Made by a program: the position numbers and the translations under genes. A stretch of DNA of 21,680 nucleotides from a virus (Duplodnaviria; Heunggongvirae; Uroviricota; Caudoviricetes): the IMG/VR virus record IMGVR_UViG_2974628062_000001, positions 108,794 through 130,473 of that record; one strand, written 5' to 3'. Of this stretch, positions 21,555 through 21,680 are shown piece by piece. The notes under the pieces are model-generated. The model was not told the origin of the DNA, made no database searches, and saw only the letters and a program-made list of their open reading frames with translations. The stretch's first letter is position 1. Each line of letters opens with the position of its first letter.

Positions 21555-21680
21555 AAAGGAATTCTTTTAGGGGACCCGGCGATTAAATTCAATGGGTCCC
21601 CCGGAATTATTTTCAATTGCGATTGCAATTGTTTATGGGCGCACTATTTGCGAATGCGAATTCGATTTGCCGGCCCATAT

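Overview
The window looks like part of a large, roughly 50% GC lytic actinophage genome, probably a Streptomyces phage. This is inferred from about 65 tightly packed small + strand ORFs, actinobacterial SD sequences (AAGGAG/AGAAAGG), HrdB/sigma70-type promoters, a host-like NlpC/P60 gene and an rRNA-leader-like segment. It has three parts. (1) 1-14.3 kb: an accessory/early gene array (many tiny membrane proteins, two lipoproteins, NlpC/P60 hydrolase, metallophosphoesterase, SprT-like protease, cyclic-phosphate-processing receiver-like protein, minimal kinase, two RelE/DUF4258-like candidates, one aberrant tRNA). It is punctuated 29 times by one element: a sequence-variable GC-rich hairpin immediately followed by (C)AAGCT(T), then an SD and a new gene. 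(2) 14.3-15.8 kb: a non-coding junction with a fixed-spacer bipartite repeat (AAAAYTCTGGGY-N11-CATCGTAA), GTTGAA and TACAA repeats, two perfect DnaA boxes, and tandem promoters followed by what appears to be a mimic of the Streptomyces rRNA-operon leader (boxB/boxA-like). (3) 15.8-21.7 kb: a compositionally different block of small genes, many Cys/Zn-finger-like, with its own CCGGGCA...TGTCCGG hairpin family and a 10-codon MRRKRRRKLP micro-ORF behind a near-perfect SD. This block may be a terminal-repeat/pre-early region. I found no GATC in the window. Coordinates were indexed by hand and family calls come from motif recognition, not database searches.
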